Part shown: positions 63,489-64,000 of the stretch, piece after piece
Numbering within the stretch: position 1 is the first letter of the stretch
Layout of the letters: each line of letters opens with the position of its first letter
Source of the DNA: Balanoglossus misakiensis
Lineage: Eukaryota > Animalia > Hemichordata
Assembly: GCA_040954595.2 (NCBI GenBank)
Contig: CM082591.2
Location: 9,227,612 to 9,291,611, forward strand
DNA length: 64,000 nucleotides
Direction of reading: 5' to 3'
Notes under the pieces: model-generated
Told to the model about the DNA's origin: nothing
What the model saw: the letters and a program-made list of their open reading frames with translations, nothing else
Database searches by the model: none
Translations under genes and position numbers: made by a program

Positions 63489-64000
63489 CTGTACAAAATA
63501 TACTTATAAGAAACTTATAAGAAACTTATAAGATTCTTATAAGATTCTTATAAGTATTTTGTATGCAAATTAGTCAGAAAAATATAAGAAATATGATTAC
63601 AACCTCCTCTGTTTCTTATAAGAATTATGTAAGATTCTTGCTAATTTGCATACAAAATACTTATAAGAAAGTTACGATAGTATCCTAGCCTTCTTATAAG
63701 ATTCTTATAAGATTCTTATAAGAAGTAAGTTGGATATTTATAAGAAATTTATCTATTTCTTATGCATTTCTTGCTAATTTGCATACAAAAAACTTATAAG
63801 AAATTTATAACAATGTCTTAGGCTTCTTATAAAATACTTATAAGAAAGTTATCAGAATGTCTTGGGCTTCTTATAAGATTCTTATAAGATATATAGTTCA
63901 AGATTTATAAGAAATTCACCTATTTCTTATAAATTTCTTGCTAATTTGCATACATTTTCTTATAAGACAGTTATGAGAATGGCCTAGGCTTCCTATAAGA
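63489..64000. repeat. AT-rich array built on the CTTATAAG palindrome with a higher-order unit (TTCTTGCTAATTTGCATACA); runs off the window
   Basis: About 20 CTTATAAG-like motifs; TTCTTGCTAATTTGCATACA at ~63635, 63768, 63935 and an inverted partial copy at 63560. Confidence 0.85.

Overview
Eukaryotic (animal; probably a marine invertebrate, inferred from TE content and GT-AG introns) repeat-dense window with no intact host gene. 1-6.9 kb: small DNA-transposon MITEs and a Harbinger remnant with a spliced MADF gene. 6.9-21.5 kb: a truncated, decayed Ty3/Gypsy element whose integrase ends in a PHD finger and is followed by a splice-acceptor-led accessory ORF (RS-rich, C2H2 finger, probable TatD-like start). 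It is interrupted by a full-length DIRS1-type tyrosine-recombinase retroelement (7511-12580; ITRs, ICR, gag, RT-RNaseH-methyltransferase, YR) and by an Academ-like non-autonomous element (16571-20490). 21.5-52.3 kb: a ~31 kb nested inverted repeat (arms ~21548-32206 and ~38834-52284) with arm-specific MITE insertions, and a broken secreted pentraxin-like gene in the spacer. 53-58.5 kb: Ngaro-type YR retroelement remnants with nested Kolobok/Harbinger MITEs. 58.5-64 kb: a Helentron-associated (HINE-like) element, an Academ-like MITE, a spliced Zisupton/KDZ-type transposase pseudogene and a CTTATAAG repeat array. All alignments were done by eye; family names come from motif recall, not database searches.
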